A stretch of DNA of 64,000 bases from Octopus bimaculoides (Eukaryota): NCBI RefSeq assembly GCF_001194135.2, contig NC_069003.1, positions 19,524,404 to 19,588,403 of the forward strand, read 5' to 3'. Positions 49,513 through 62,820 of this stretch are shown here, piece by piece. Under the pieces are notes generated by a model. The model was given only the letters and a program-made list of their open reading frames with translations, made no database searches and had not been told where the DNA came from. Numbering within the stretch: the stretch's first letter is position 1; each line of letters opens with the position of its first letter. Both the position numbers and the translations under genes were made by a program.

Positions 49513-50904
49513 TTAGTATTATACACATATATTAAGTCTCTCATCAAACAGGAAGGTAATGATGACAGGAATAACTTGCTAACACACCAGACACTGGTGA
49601 ATTATCAATCACTCTTATATCAAATTGTTGATATAAAATATCTTTCCAATAAGAAACATTCTCATTTAATTATACATCGCTGCTTAATATATTCCAAGAT
49701 CATAATCAATGTAAAACTTAAAAATATATAAACACATGTGTGTGTGTGTGTTTGTGTGTGTGTTTGTGTGTGTGTGTGTTTGTGTGTGTGTGTGCATGGA
49801 AACAAAATTTAATTAAAAGAAATATCTATGTAATTGTATAAAAAAATTATAATAATAAAATAAAAATAAATATTTGTATTGGACATAAGAGTTAAAATAA
49901 TTTTTACATTTTGCAATCAATATATTTTTCATCACAGGTAAATTTTCTACATCACCTGGAGACATCCAATTAAGATCCAAGAAAAATTTATCAAAATTCC
50001 AAATAAATAAATGAATATCTAAAAGCTATCAAAAAGAATATTTACTGTTCATTAATATTTTCAAAGATAAAGTCATTGTTTTTTTTGTTTTTTTTAATAT
50101 TTTTGTTTATGGAATTTAAGGTAAAACTTTAATAATAAAATTTCAAGATTCTATTGACAGTCTTGTATCATTTTTCAAGATAGTATAAGAGTAAATAAAT
50201 AACTTGACATCTTTTGAAATATCTTAAAACTTGTTCTATTTTTGTCAGTTTCTTTGGCAGGGAGAATGGAAAGTTTAGTTGTTATCGTTGTTGTTGTTGA
50301 ACCCTAGGTCAGTCCTGAATGAACAGATCTATGAACAAACACATTCCAGCCATGACCAGTGAATGTGCTATTTTTTTAAGACAGTGTATCTAAGACTACA
50401 TTATCCTGAGCTTTTTTTTTTTGTTTTTTAAGCTAACTGAGTATAATTTGAGAGATTTGTTTGTTATTTCTAGCATGTCAAGTGATCACAAAGAGTCTTT
50501 CTAACATTTGTATGAATTACATAAAGTAATTGTAGCTAGAATATAATTTCATAGATTAATATAACATTGGCACTCATTCGGTATTACGTGTCAAAAGTGA
50601 AACAATAAGATCTATATTGTAATGTCATATAATATTGTTTCACTTTTAATTCTAAAGTGATAAAATTAAGATCATCTTATTTCTATTATATTTGAAATAA
50701 ATGAATAATTTACATCCTAATGTAAACAACATTATGCATTGGCAACTTTCCGTCTTTATGGCCATGACAGTGGAATGGTGTGTCAGTGTATGTGTGTTGA
50801 CTGACATAACAAATGGCTGGAAATGAAACTCTTGACAAAAAACAATGAGGTGACAGGTCCAAGGTATATAAAAATACACATTTACTGTTCAATTACCAGT
50901 TAAT

Positions 50905-51237
50905 AATTATTGCAGCAGTTGCAAGGTTGCACAACATCAGCAAACGCATGCAGCAGCACATGAAATGGAGTCTCATGATAGAAGCGAGATGAAACTTTCT
51001 CAAGATCAGCAAAGGGATGCTGCAGCATGTCAATGGCAAGTCTATCACCTCATTGCTTCCCTGGAATACTCCAAATGGACACATGACATGTCGATTGCTT
51101 GAATTACCCCATTATTTCCTTCACAAATGTTTTGTTGCCAATGTTGCATTTTCTCATATCACCCATTTCAACATAATTGCAATGTACATACTAACTATGC
51201 CATTTTAATCCCGAGCAATGCCGGGTATCTCTGCTAG
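50905..51237 (+). mobile_element. Helitron remnant with an intact 3' end
   Basis: Hairpin cccgagcaatgccggg (51210-51225), 8 nt, then CTAG|T. Upstream AQHQQTHAAAHEMESHDRSEMKLSQDQQRDAAACQ resembles the helical repeats N-terminal to Helitron Rep/helicase. Confidence 0.75.
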
Positions 51238-51244
51238 TATACAT

Positions 51245-51325
51245 CGGTTTCACCAGTCCTCAGTCAAATCGTCCAACCCATGCTAGCATGGAAAGCGGAC
51301 GTTAAACGATGATGATGATGATGAT
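51245..51325 (+). mobile_element. Very short, young RTE tail insertion
   Basis: Near-identical (about one mismatch) to 15073-15150. GAT tail followed by (TA)n. Confidence 0.9.
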
Positions 51326-51897
51326 ATATATATAAGCAATAAATTAAATAGAAAGATTCAATTGACAATCTAACAATTTATTTATATTATGATATAACAT
51401 AATATACTATGAATATAATATAAGATAACATAAAAAAATTATTAAAAACCAAAAAAGCCAACAATTTGTTTTGACTTATATACATTATTTGATTTATAAA
51501 CAATTCATATCCATCTATTTAAGTCTCCGACCAACCGACCGACCAACCTACCTACCTATTTATCTATCTCTCTCTCTCTCTTNNNNNNNNNNNNNNNNNN
51601 NNNNNNNNNNNNNNNNNNNNNNNNNNNNNNNNNNNNNNNNNNNNNNNNNNNNNNNNNNNNNNNNNNNNNNNNNNNNNNNNNNNNNNNNNNNNNNNNNNNN
51701 NNNNNNNNNNNNNNNNNNNNNNNNNNNNNNNNNNNNNNNNNNNNNNNNNTATAACTTAGCAGTTCAGCAAAAGAGACCAATAGAATAAGTACCAGGCTTT
51801 AAAAAATAAGTCCTGGGGTCAATTCATTCAATGAAACCTTTCAAGGCAGTATCCCAGCATGGTCACAATCAAATGACTGAAACAAGTAGATGGTAAA

Positions 51898-51944
<47 letters not shown>

Positions 51945-52731
51945 GTGAAGACTAACTTCTGTGAATAAATCACCCAACAACCATTGTTGTATGAATGATG
52001 ATCCTATCCATATGGTGACTGACACATTTTGATTTCTCTCCATGAACAGTTTAATTCCTACCAGTAAACAAGGAGAGCAGGTGAAAAAGTGAGGAAATCC
52101 TTTCATTACATTTTTTTGTCTTTCAAACAATCAGAAGTGACACAAAATGTTTCTTGGTTAATATACATTTCATATTTGTCCTATATCTTTAGACAACTTG
52201 TATTTGCATTTTGTAGATTATCAGTAAAGAATAATAAGATAGCAGATAATCAATCATGATACTATTATATCGAAGCAGTGTATTCAAGTAGCTATCACCA
52301 TTCAAATCAAGAAAATGAACAGGAAGATGGACTAAAAATAAAATAATTGAAAAAAAAAAATTTTAAGAAAAAAGAATAGAATCACAGTTTTTAAGATAAA
52401 AACTGAAATCATTTTGAATGTATTCTTTGTTTGTTCTTTTTTGTTGAGGTGAAAGCAGCCCTTACAAGTTTGTTGTGGAAACAGTCCATCTTTGGTTTTT
52501 TTATTGTTTAGTATCAGATGATGAAATGATTGCAGAGCAATGTGAAATGAAGTGTTTTGCTCAAGAACACCACAGAATGCTCAGTCTGAGGATCAAAACC
52601 ATGATCTCACAATCGTGAATGTCGCATTCTAACCACTAAGCTACGTGCCTTCATACACACACAAACAGATACATACATACACACACATATACATACACAC
52701 ACACATATATGCACACATTCATACACACACA

Positions 52732-52782
<51 letters not shown>

Positions 52783-52904
52783 TATACATATATATAAACA
52801 TACACATATATAGAATGAGTTTTTAACTCAAATTTCTTGCAATATAGGTGCTTGGCACCTTCAGTCAAAATTAGTGATGATAATTTTTTCTTTTATGATC
52901 GATT

Positions 52905-53655
52905 GATTGATGGATGGATGGATGAATGAATGATGGCCACTTCCTCATTCTCGAGTATAGCCATCACTTGAAGCATTTCAGAATTGGTATCACATGTGAG
53001 GAGCATGGGTGTGACATTCCAGGCTGACAAGTGACCTACACACTTTGGTGTCGATGTTATGCGTAACATCTGTACCACAGTGTACCAACAACAGGAGCCA
53101 CTTGTTGGTCATCATGCACTTCCATGTGTCATTTCAAGTTCTCAGCTGATAGGCAAACCTTACTGCATTCATGGCATATTATTATGTTGTGTATGGCACA
53201 ATCCAAGTCAATTCTCTGTACATAACTTCTTTTGTGACTTTTCAGTCCTGCTCCGCTGAAGCAGAATCTCCCACATTCATCACATGTTAGCTCACTGTGG
53301 TCACCCACACTCTTTCTAGCATCCCTCTTCAACTTTCTGTAATTTCCACGAGCTATTTCAAAATTCTTACTTACATCACATATTGCTTTCTTTCATTTGC
53401 TCAATCAGTTGCAGTTTCTTCCTAATCCTTTTCTAAGACATTAGCTTCCTTCAAGAATGGTTTCATGCAATCTTTGAACCTCATCTTAGATTCATGAGGT
53501 GGACAGTTTCCATTCCTCAACTCACCATACAGGAGTTGCTTCAGAGTCCTGCAGTCATTCATTCTTACTAAGTGACCCTTCCATTGGGATTGACGCTGTA
53601 AAATGATTGACTCAATACTTTGACAGTGACTTCTTCCAAGGAAATTAACATTATA
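52905..53655 (-). mobile_element. RTE/BovB-type LINE 3' portion with C-terminal C2H2 finger, decayed
   Basis: SIESIILQRQSQWKGHLVRMNDCRTLKQLLYGELRNG..KMRFKDCMK (QLRW.GHV.RM...PKQLLYGEL motif) and LTCDECGRFCFSGAGLKSHKRS. Confidence 0.88.
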
Positions 53656-53657
53656 AA

Positions 53658-53876
53658 CAGGGTGAGCCAAAAGTCACACACCAAAACATTTGACATTTTA
53701 TTTATATTACATTATTATTATCATTATTATTATTATTATTTTGTTCATCATGTACATGTATGTGTGTATTCATCATTATTATATTTTATTCAATTAAAAA
53801 AAAAAAAATTGAAACGTGTCTTTGACACTTCTGGAGGGTATTAAACTTATTTGTGAGTAACTTTTGGTCCGCTCTG
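53658..53876. mobile_element. Tc1/mariner-type MITE abutting the BovB fragment
   Basis: cagggtgagccaaaagtcac vs the reverse complement cagagcggaccaaaagttac. Confidence 0.6.
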
Positions 53877-54583
53877 TATACATGTGTGCATGTGAGTGTG
53901 TATGTAAAAATACACACACACACACATGTTGTTGTTTTGATAAAATACCCCCAATACACAATGTAAAGTGGATGGTGTAAGAAAGCCATCCAGCCACAGA
54001 AACCAAGCTGATTTAAAATGTATGAGCAAGAACTGTTTCTCCAAACATGCCTAGGTGGGAATAACTTTAAATATGAACTGATTCGAGTCATGAAATCTCA
54101 ACCAACCCATCATGGAAAGCAGGTGATGACAATGATAATGAGAATATGAGTACTTGAAGACAACCAGACAATAAAGCAACTGAAAGATAACTTAGATAAA
54201 AGTACAAATATTAAGTAAATAATCATTAACAATGAGGGAGGGCTGAGAGCACCTATAACTACTCACGCAACAATTCTTAAAAATGTAGACATGTAAAAAA
54301 CAAAAATAATAATAAAGCATTATCTGTAAAAATAATAAATAAATGCAACTTCTTTAGTTTTTATCACATTTAGAATAATATATTAAAGTATAAGTTAATG
54401 ACAAACAAACATAAATTGGTCTGATTGTGTAATTTATGTAAATTACAGAGGCAAGGAAATATTTAAAATCAAGTAACAAACAAAGCGAAGAAACAAAAAC
54501 AATAAAAGTTGATCGTAATAACAATAAATCCACCATGATATAGATAAATAGAGGTGAGCTGATTGCTGCAGGGTTTTGATGGA

Positions 54584-54636
<53 letters not shown>

Positions 54637-55100
54637 TGAGTATGTGCGTGTCTAAGAGAGAGAGAGGCAGGGCAGGGGAGAGAAACATCATAATCAGATT
54701 TGATTGATCTAAGTAATAATTTAAATCGTTAAGTAAGTTAGAAAAGAAGTGATCTGCAATAGACTAAAGAGCAACAACAGTTGCTGAAATTAGTTGATGG
54801 TAGTAGTAACAGTGTCACTGAAGTTTAACAAAGTAGTTTCCATTAAAACAAAAATAAACAACAGAATATAAAAAAAAAATGAAACAAAAAATATAAAAAA
54901 ATAACAGTATCAAAATTGACCATAGCTAAACATATAGTTGTACATGTGTGTTTGAGAGAGAGAGAAAGAGAGAGAAAGAGAGATATAGACAGCATGTTTT
55001 CAGACACTATATTCTCAATTATATACTCAAAAATAAGCTAATATTTCTCTCTTTCTAAAGTCTTAGATAATATTATTTTCCTATATCTGTAATCCATTAA

Positions 55101-55301
55101 TCCTTTAGATACCAACCCACCTGAGCCTGCCCCTGTTATAAAGTGATCTCAACTAAAATCTTCCATCAAAATTTCATGTGAATTTATGTTCCAAAAACCA
55201 GCTTAATAATAACAGCAGTTATCTGGCTAAATTCTTTGTTATTTTCAAAATTAATTGAGACAAAGACAGCGTATTTTAAGAGAAATATGTTAACAAAAGG
55301 A
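55101..55301. mobile_element. TTAA-type MITE family 2
   Basis: TTAA|tccttt ... aaagga|TTAA. The body matches 33336-33544. Confidence 0.75.
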
Positions 55302-57750
55302 TTAACGTGGTACATGCTTCTAACAACAATGACTGCAATGATACTGGTGCCAGACTGTATCAGCCCAAATCAGCAGCTTTTCCCTCAATGACAAAGAGAA
55401 GAAACTTGCATGCATGGCAACCAACAGTTTCTCTCAAAGAAAAAAAAATCATGCCCAGACCTGCACACATGTGCAGATTCATGATCAGCATTAACTGATG
55501 GAGACCCCTATCATTCACTCTTTCCTTCTCCATCATCCCCTCACTCTAATCACTCAATTTCTATCATCATACTCTGGTTTCCTTCACACATCAATCTGGG
55601 CTTTTACTGTTATCAGTCAACAATCTGCTGCTCATCTCTTGGCCATGTTGCTTTGAGCAAACAGACACATCAGAGCAGTGAGAGCTCTTTAAGCTTATCA
55701 AAATGCAAGGTAACCTAACTAGTGTTAGTGCCATAATAATATGACCCAGTGCACTCATAAAGAGTGGTGACAACATACGATCAGGAGGACCCTTTGATTT
55801 GACAAGGACATAACAGTTTCTCTAGTGTTGGTGCCATGCTAAAATACACTCCAGATACCCTGTAAAGTAGATGGTATTATAAAGGGCATTTGGCTGGAGA
55901 TACCAAACCAAAAATGAAACATGACCTGTTCCTCTGACCCATCTCAGAGAGTAATGGTCCGAAATATGATCCATCGAGGAGGCAGTGGCCCCAACTAAGA
56001 ATTGGCTCTGACCACAATGAATGACACATTCACCCTACGCTAAAAAAAATTCATGGTAATTTTTCATTAGACATGGTATGCCATTCAGAAAGCTGCAGTT
56101 TGACCATGACTGGCATGGTGGCTCCATTGTCAGCTCAATTAACATAGGTTTATACAGAGGTGAGTCTCAACAAATTCCACTTAAGCTTTATTACCAAGGT
56201 TCACATCCTTGAGTAATCCTCACCCCACCCTCATAGAATATTTAGTTTCTCTCTGTAATATTTAACCTTCAGAATTTGCTGAGTATCAAATCACATGACA
56301 ACTTTGAAACACCATCATCAGAGTTACAGCACATAACCATTTGATCTCTCGTATACTTCTTTCAGTGTTACCTGTCGTATATGACAGAAGAAATTCCTAA
56401 AACTCTGACGACTGAGTTGGAGGAAAAACTGCTCTGTGGTTGCACGACCTTCTGGAACCACCCAATGGGTATATTATCATCAGACACTTTTCTAGGCTTG
56501 TATGGGTCAGATGGAATGTGTTGAGGCAGATTTTCTATGACTGGATGCCCTTCCTGTCACCAACCCTCACTTGTTTCCAAGCAAGGTAATATTTCCTCTA
56601 TGGCCAGACATGCTTTTCACAGGAGACTGGAAATGAACAACATAATTTGTATGATGGTGATGCTCATTTACAACCACCATATGATGTCAAAGCAAGGGAC
56701 ACACAAATGTGTCTGCCTGTGTTTGAAAATAATTATGGGATGGTCATGGCTGAAATGCTTTGATCATAGGCCTTTTTGATTACAGCCAACTTGAAATTGA
56801 ACAACACTTATCAGTTTTAAAATACTATTAGTCTTCTTTCTCTCTTCACATCTTCATCTAATCTCTCATAGTTTCTTTGATGAAATCCATCACATCTCAA
56901 GTGTGATCTCTCACATACTACAACCATTACTGACTTTAACAACATCCTCATATGACCTCTCAACCACCACCACTACCACCACCCACCTCACAGTCACTGA
57001 TGCCACTGCTGTCACCATCTGCAACAAAGGAACTCAAATTGTAACCATCCCAACTTGTTGATACAGATTGGTGTATCTAGGACAACATTCTCAAATGTGA
57101 CCTTTTTTTTAAAGAAAAAAAAGGATACACTGTAGAAAAAATTGAGCTGCAATTTTTAGCTGGGCTAATATAAGCACTCACCTTCTCCTCACTGACTGAC
57201 AACAACCTTCATCTAAGGACTGCATGAGTCCGAGCTGTTATTTTAGAGTCAACAAGTGGTGCTGTACATCTTCAGAAATGAAGTGTTAGATGGAAAGGTG
57301 ATTTATAAACTAAAGAGAAAAAATATCTGGCAATATAAATTTCTATAAGATTACAGTTTGGTTTATGTGAAGAGGACATCTTAAATTTACACTTCACTAG
57401 ACTACCCTCCAAAGTTCTGTTACATTCTATGTCTACGGAATTCTATGTCAACTGATAAATGATGCGAACCACTGGATTAATGCCACAGGCAAGCACTCTG
57501 CTAACAATAGTCATTTATCTGTTAGCCTGTCATATTTGATGTGATGTCTTCACTGGGTTACATTAGATATCACTTAGGTACACTTTAGATTCTCAAACTA
57601 TAATGGCAACATCTATCTAAACAGCTGAACTTGCAGTAGGGTCAGATCTGTTAAAAGGTAAAGGGTGGGGGAAGAGTTTAGCCTCTATGAGGTCACATTG
57701 GCTGCCAGAAATAGCAGCCAAATCTTCCTCAAAAATGCATACTATTGCCA

Positions 57751-57969
57751 TAACCATTTAAGCATTCATATTACTTTGTTAAATATAACACTTATTTATT
57801 CACATTCCTTTGAATTAAATCATGCACTATCTCATAACTTCTTGATGATGTGTTTGTTTACATTTAGAATGACATTGCAGGGAATGGGTGAGAGGCCAGA
57901 TCTGACCAATTTGAACATATAGCAAGTAGAATATTTGGGATGAGCATGGCCAGTTTAAATGCTAAAGGG
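57751..57969. mobile_element. TTAA-type MITE family 1
   Basis: Ends aaatgctaaaggg|TTAA. The left TIR is degraded. Confidence 0.75.
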
Positions 57970-58311
57970 TTAAAAAGGAAAGAAGTGTGTAACCAGAAAA
58001 AAGTAGCCATGGATACATTACACCTTAAATCAATGGTGCATTGTTAAAACAGCAATCCAAATAGAAAGCAGATCCCTTTTTTTTTTTGTTGTGTATATAG
58101 GACTTTGCTTATCAAAAATTATTATGCTTTTGGATGGGAGAATGACAGTGATGTACATATGTAACCATAAGTAATGATCTTCTGCTTTCAGATACTTATT
58201 GATAGATAAGGGTGTGTATATGAGTGTAGATGTATGTATGAATGCTTCAACATTTGAATATATATATTTATTTTTCTCTCCTTGTTTCTTTCTGTGTTTC
58301 TTTCTGTGTTT

Positions 58312-58440
58312 CTTTCTGTGGAAGAGCATAGGCGCAAAACGTTAAAGTCTTTTTCACTTCCCAAGCGTTATACTAACATATCAGTTTGTTGTCTACACCA
58401 CCTGTCTTCGTCTTTTGTTTTTTTGTGAATTCTCCCTATA
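58312..58440 (+). repeat. Interspersed repeat beginning with a hammerhead-like motif; second copy at ~63922-64000
   Basis: cttcccaagcgttatactaacatat..ttacaccacctgtcttcgtc is shared with ctcccgagcgtcatactaatatat..ttacaccacctgtcctcgtc. Confidence 0.7.
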
Positions 58441-58460
58441 TACANNNNNNNNNNATAGAC

Positions 58461-58513
<53 letters not shown>

Positions 58514-59169
58514 TTGGCCACTGTGTAAAGTGGCTGGTATTAGGAAGGGCATCCAGTTGTAAAACCCATGCCAGCATGGAAGACAAATGGTAAATGATGA
58601 TAATAATGATATATATTCAAATTTAAGTTTCATGGTCAATTTAATGCCTACACACACATACACACCACATAAAATACCATAAAACAGAATAAAAAAGAAA
58701 TTATTCCAGAGTCTTGATATAGGTTTTATGGGCTCTTTTTAATAATTTTTCTACATATTTTTTTTTAAATGGTATATTTACATGTCAGTGTAAAGAAGAA
58801 AGAAACAAAAGTATTCAATAGAAAAAGTAAAATTAAACAAACACACACACAATTTATAGGAAACTCAAAAATCAAAACTTCATTGGCCTATTCGGAGTTT
58901 CTGGGTGCTGATCTTCAAACAAATATTCTGTGTGTGTGTGTGTGTGTGTGTGAGTGTGTGTGTGTGTGTGTATAGAGAGAGATACAAAATAAGTATGCAA
59001 TATACTTACTATAGTCAGGATCAGCGGCATAAAGATCTATCTGGTTAATGTCTAGCTGTTTTTCAGCACCATCAGACACAAGGTTCACAGCCATATTTGA
59101 AGGAGAATGTGGAGTTGGTGCAGAAGAAGCAAGATTGACTTTATTTTTTACTTGAGCTGAAATAGCAAC

Positions 59170-59173
59170 AACA

Positions 59174-59249
<76 letters not shown>

Positions 59250-59262
59250 TAATAATAATAAT
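59170..59262. repeat. (AAT)n microsatellite. Others at 9880-9915, 23370-23435, 34066-34158, 60488-60545
   Basis: Directly visible. Confidence 0.95.
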
Positions 59263-60485
59263 TCTTCATAATAGCAACAGCAGAAAGAATATACTTCTTT
59301 TATTTTTCAAAGGCAAAAAAAAAAAAACAGGTCAATGGAATTGCAAACAAAAATATATTTTCCAAATATAAAACGTCCAGAAATACAACCAGAGAGAAGG
59401 ATATGGAACATTGGTGGAACAGCTCTGGTTGTTTGTTGTTGTTTTTTATTACTATATAACAGATAGAATAGTAATAAGGCAATAAGTTCAGAAGGTAATA
59501 GATATAGGAGATAAAAAACAAGGGAGGATAAGGTAGAAAATAAATAAATAAATATCCCAGTCACACATCAACTAAACAATTGCAAACAGTGTGTGTTTGT
59601 GCATGCATAATACATACACACACATATGTACACCCATAAATGCACACACACACATATATATATAAGCATATATGTTCATATATATACATATATGCACATA
59701 TACATTCATATATACATATACATTATATAAATATATATATATATATATTATACGCGTACACATAAATATTATATTCATATGTTATGCATACTCCTATGCA
59801 CACACATACACATTTACCCAACCATACACACATGCATACGCACACGGTATAATATGCATACACATACACAGATATATATGCATACACACACACATATATG
59901 TATACACAGACATAAAGTTCTTTTATCAAGCACCCATAACATTAGAAATACTATCCATAGGACAGACAAAAAAGAAATACAAAAATACAAATAAAAAATT
60001 GTTTACATTCAAGAATTATGCATCTGCTTGCCTGTCAATCTCACTTTTCAGTGGTGGCAGTGGCGGTGGCGGTGGCGGTGGTGGTGGTGGTGGTGGTGGT
60101 NNNNNNNNNNNNNNNNNNNNNNNNNNNNNNNNNNNNNNNNNNNNNNNNNNNNNNNNNNNNNNNNNNNNNNNNNNNNNNNNNNNNNNNNNNNNNNNNNNNN
60201 NNNNNNNNNNNNNNNNNNNNNNNNNNNNNNNNNNNNNNNNNNNNNNNNNNNNNNNNNNNNNNNNNNNNNNNNNNNNNNNNNNNNNNNNNNNNNNNNNNNN
60301 NNNNNNNNNNNNNNNNNNNNNNNNNNNNNNNNNNNNNNNNNNNNNNNNNNNNNNNNNNNNATGACGATGATATATATTTTGTCTAAGCACAAAAATCTAA
60401 TTCCATTGTAAAGGAGTATAGTCAATCAAACTGATCTCAACATATTTTTGAGTAATTATTTTAGAAGTAATCTATCTAATCTAGC

Positions 60486-60548
<63 letters not shown>

Positions 60549-61194
60549 GCAACAACAACAATGCTGCCGCTGCCACCACCACCACCCTCAACCTCCTATC
60601 TGTTGGGTGGGTGCTTTTAATGGAGGCCATCCTGTAGTAAAAATTTAGACCAAACTCTGTTCTGAAGATAATTTGCTACCCAAATAAGTGTTGCATTATA
60701 ATGCAGCAGAAACTAGCCCTGATCCCCACAAATTTCAGGCTTTGTGCCCAAAAGTAGAAATTATTATTATTTCTAAATTAAGCACAAGGCTAGAAATTTA
60801 GAGAAAGAAAACTATTTGATCATATCAACCCCAGTATTTGACTGGTACATTATTTTATCAACCTTGGAGGAATGAAAGGAAAATTTGATGTCAATGAAAT
60901 TTGATCCAAGCATGTCCAATGCTCAAAGGTTTCTGCTAATCTACTACTCTTTGTTTCTTAATTTGGTACAAGGTCTACAATTTGGTGGTAAGGACAGTCT
61001 AGTCAATGTCATGGACCTCAAGATTTGACTGGTACTTTGTTTTATCAACCCAGAAATGTTAAAAAGCAAAGCTGACCTCAACAGGGTTTGAACTGAGAGC
61101 ATAAGTCTCACAAATAATAATAACAGTAACCCTTTCTACTATAGGCACAAGGCTGGAAATTTTGTGGGGAGGGAGCTAGTCAACTCCATTGACC

Positions 61195-61431
61195 CTACAA
61201 TGCTTCTTTAGGTGGGTCAGTAATAACATCTTTAAGATGACTCACCAGAGAAGAAGGGATTGCACTCAATAAAATATACAGCTGTTGCTGCTTGGATGTA
61301 ATATTATTCACTGCAAAATACGACTCCATCTGGGTGAACCAAACTTGTACATCACCACTAAACACTGATGTCATGGCTGGGAAGTATAGTCTGTATGAAT
61401 TAGTAAAATAGGCAAGCACAACCCTCAGCAA
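61195..61431 (-). pseudogene. Gypsy/Ty3 gag N-terminal fragment (DUF7041-like)
   Basis: VFSGDVQVWFTQMESYFAVNNITSKQQQLYILLSAIPSSLVSHLKDVITDPP matches F...D...WF.Q.E..F....IT......V..L......V.D.I..PP. Confidence 0.75.
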
Positions 61432-61479
61432 TAAACAGAATGTTGATCCTTAATGACTTGTTTTATTTTCCATCCAAAT

Positions 61480-61551
61480 GTGCATAAAACAAACCCAAAA
61501 TGAAATAGGATCAAGTGCATAAAACAAACCCAAAATGAAATAGGATCAAGT
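61480..61551. repeat. Perfect 35-bp tandem duplication
   Basis: gtgcataaaacaaacccaaaatgaaataggatcaa x2. Confidence 0.95.
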
Positions 61552-61659
61552 CAAACACGGAGTAGTTTGAGACTTAAAGTTAATTTCCCCATATCATCCG
61601 AGGTATTTAGATTTGGTACTTGGGGGCTGCAAAACTGGTGCAAAATATCTGATGAGTTG

Positions 61660-61904
61660 TGTAGCTTAGTTGTGCAGTGAGGTAGCAATCTCATAGCAGT
61701 AAAAATGATGTTTACTAGTCAGCATTAACTCAGCAAAATGACCTGTCATCTAGACAATCAATCAGCAACTGAATTTTCGGCTTTTTAAAACTCGTGCTTC
61801 ACTGCTGAGCAGAAGCATCCAATCACTGCTGCACAGAAATATCCCTCTGCAGCCAGCAGTGATTGGATGTTTTAAGTGTAGTACGACTGTGCTATGCCAC
61901 TACA
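61660..61904 (-). mobile_element. Putative 245-bp LTR upstream of the gag fragment
   Basis: The minus strand starts TGTAGtgg and ends gCTACA (5-bp inverted termini), ~230 bp 5' of the gag ORF on the same strand. No second LTR is present. Confidence 0.5.
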
Positions 61905-62014
61905 ACAAAATAGTGCTAACTGGTCTCACTATAAACCTGAAAGGATGAAAGGCAAAGTCGATCTCAGTGGAATTTGAACTCAGAATGTAAAATCATAAGA
62001 AATACTGAATTGTT

Positions 62015-62066
62015 TCTAATTTAGGCACAAGGTCAATAATTCTAATTTAGGCACAAGGTCAATAAT
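62015..62066. repeat. Perfect 26-bp tandem duplication of a SINE B tail
   Basis: tctaatttaggcacaaggtcaataat x2. Confidence 0.92.
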
Positions 62067-62609
62067 TTTGAGAGGAAAGGTTTAGTTGATATTACTGACT
62101 GGATGAAAAGCAGAGTTGACCAGGGCAGGATTTAAATTTAGAATGTTGGGTGCAGACCTCACATGGACAAATAATAATATTTTCCACCTCAGGTAAAAGA
62201 AGACAAATTTGGTGACAGGTTTTCATCAACTGCTGGAGATTACTGTCATGAGTCTTAAAATTCATAGGGCCAGTTACCTTGTTACTGACCCACCTAAAGA
62301 ATCCTTGTATTTTTCAATAAAGTAACCGAGATCACAGCAATTCCTCCTGAACAGGACACCAGTCTGTCACATGGCTACAAATTTATCGCTGAGTGGACTG
62401 AAGCAATGTGAAATGAAGCATTTTGCTCAAGAACAATGTGCCACCAAATTCAGGATATGAAACCAATGTCTTGCAATCGTGAGTGCAACACCATAACTAT
62501 TAGGCCATGTGCCTTCACAGGATTAGTGTAGCATCACTTAAATCAACCCCAGTATTTATAGACTAATGTTTTCTTTTGTTGACCCCAGTAGAATGAATAG
62601 AAATATTGG

Positions 62610-62820
62610 TTTCAAATTTTGGCACAAGGCTATCAATTTCGAGGGAAGGGATTAGTCGATTATATCAACCCCAGTTCTCAGCTGGTACTTATTTTATTGA
62701 CCCTGAAAGGATGAAAAGTGAAGTAGACTTTGGCGGGATTTGAACTCAGACTGTAAAGACAGACAAAATGCCACTAAACATTTCGCCGAACATGCAAATG
62801 ATTCTGCCTGCTTGCCACTT
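62610..62820 (-). mobile_element. SINE family B short-tail copy. Other copies include 33960-34066, 34583-34800, 39455-39570, 41560-41710, 43448-43660, 44025-44225, 44750-44970, 48400-48545, 60700-61200
   Basis: Full reverse match to the family B consensus. Confidence 0.85.

Noticed and set aside
56366-57297. Open mini-exon candidates at 56366-56468 (CYLSYMTEEIPKTL..) and 57247-57297 (SQQVVLYIFRNEVLDGK)
   Set aside because: Weak donors and no recognisable protein. Such candidates are expected by chance in 64 kb of AT-rich DNA.
24026-60425. Long ORFs containing X runs (24026, 27501, 28901-29918, 42191-43256, 51471, 59672-60425)
   Set aside because: Artefacts of translating through N gaps and TA/CA repeats.
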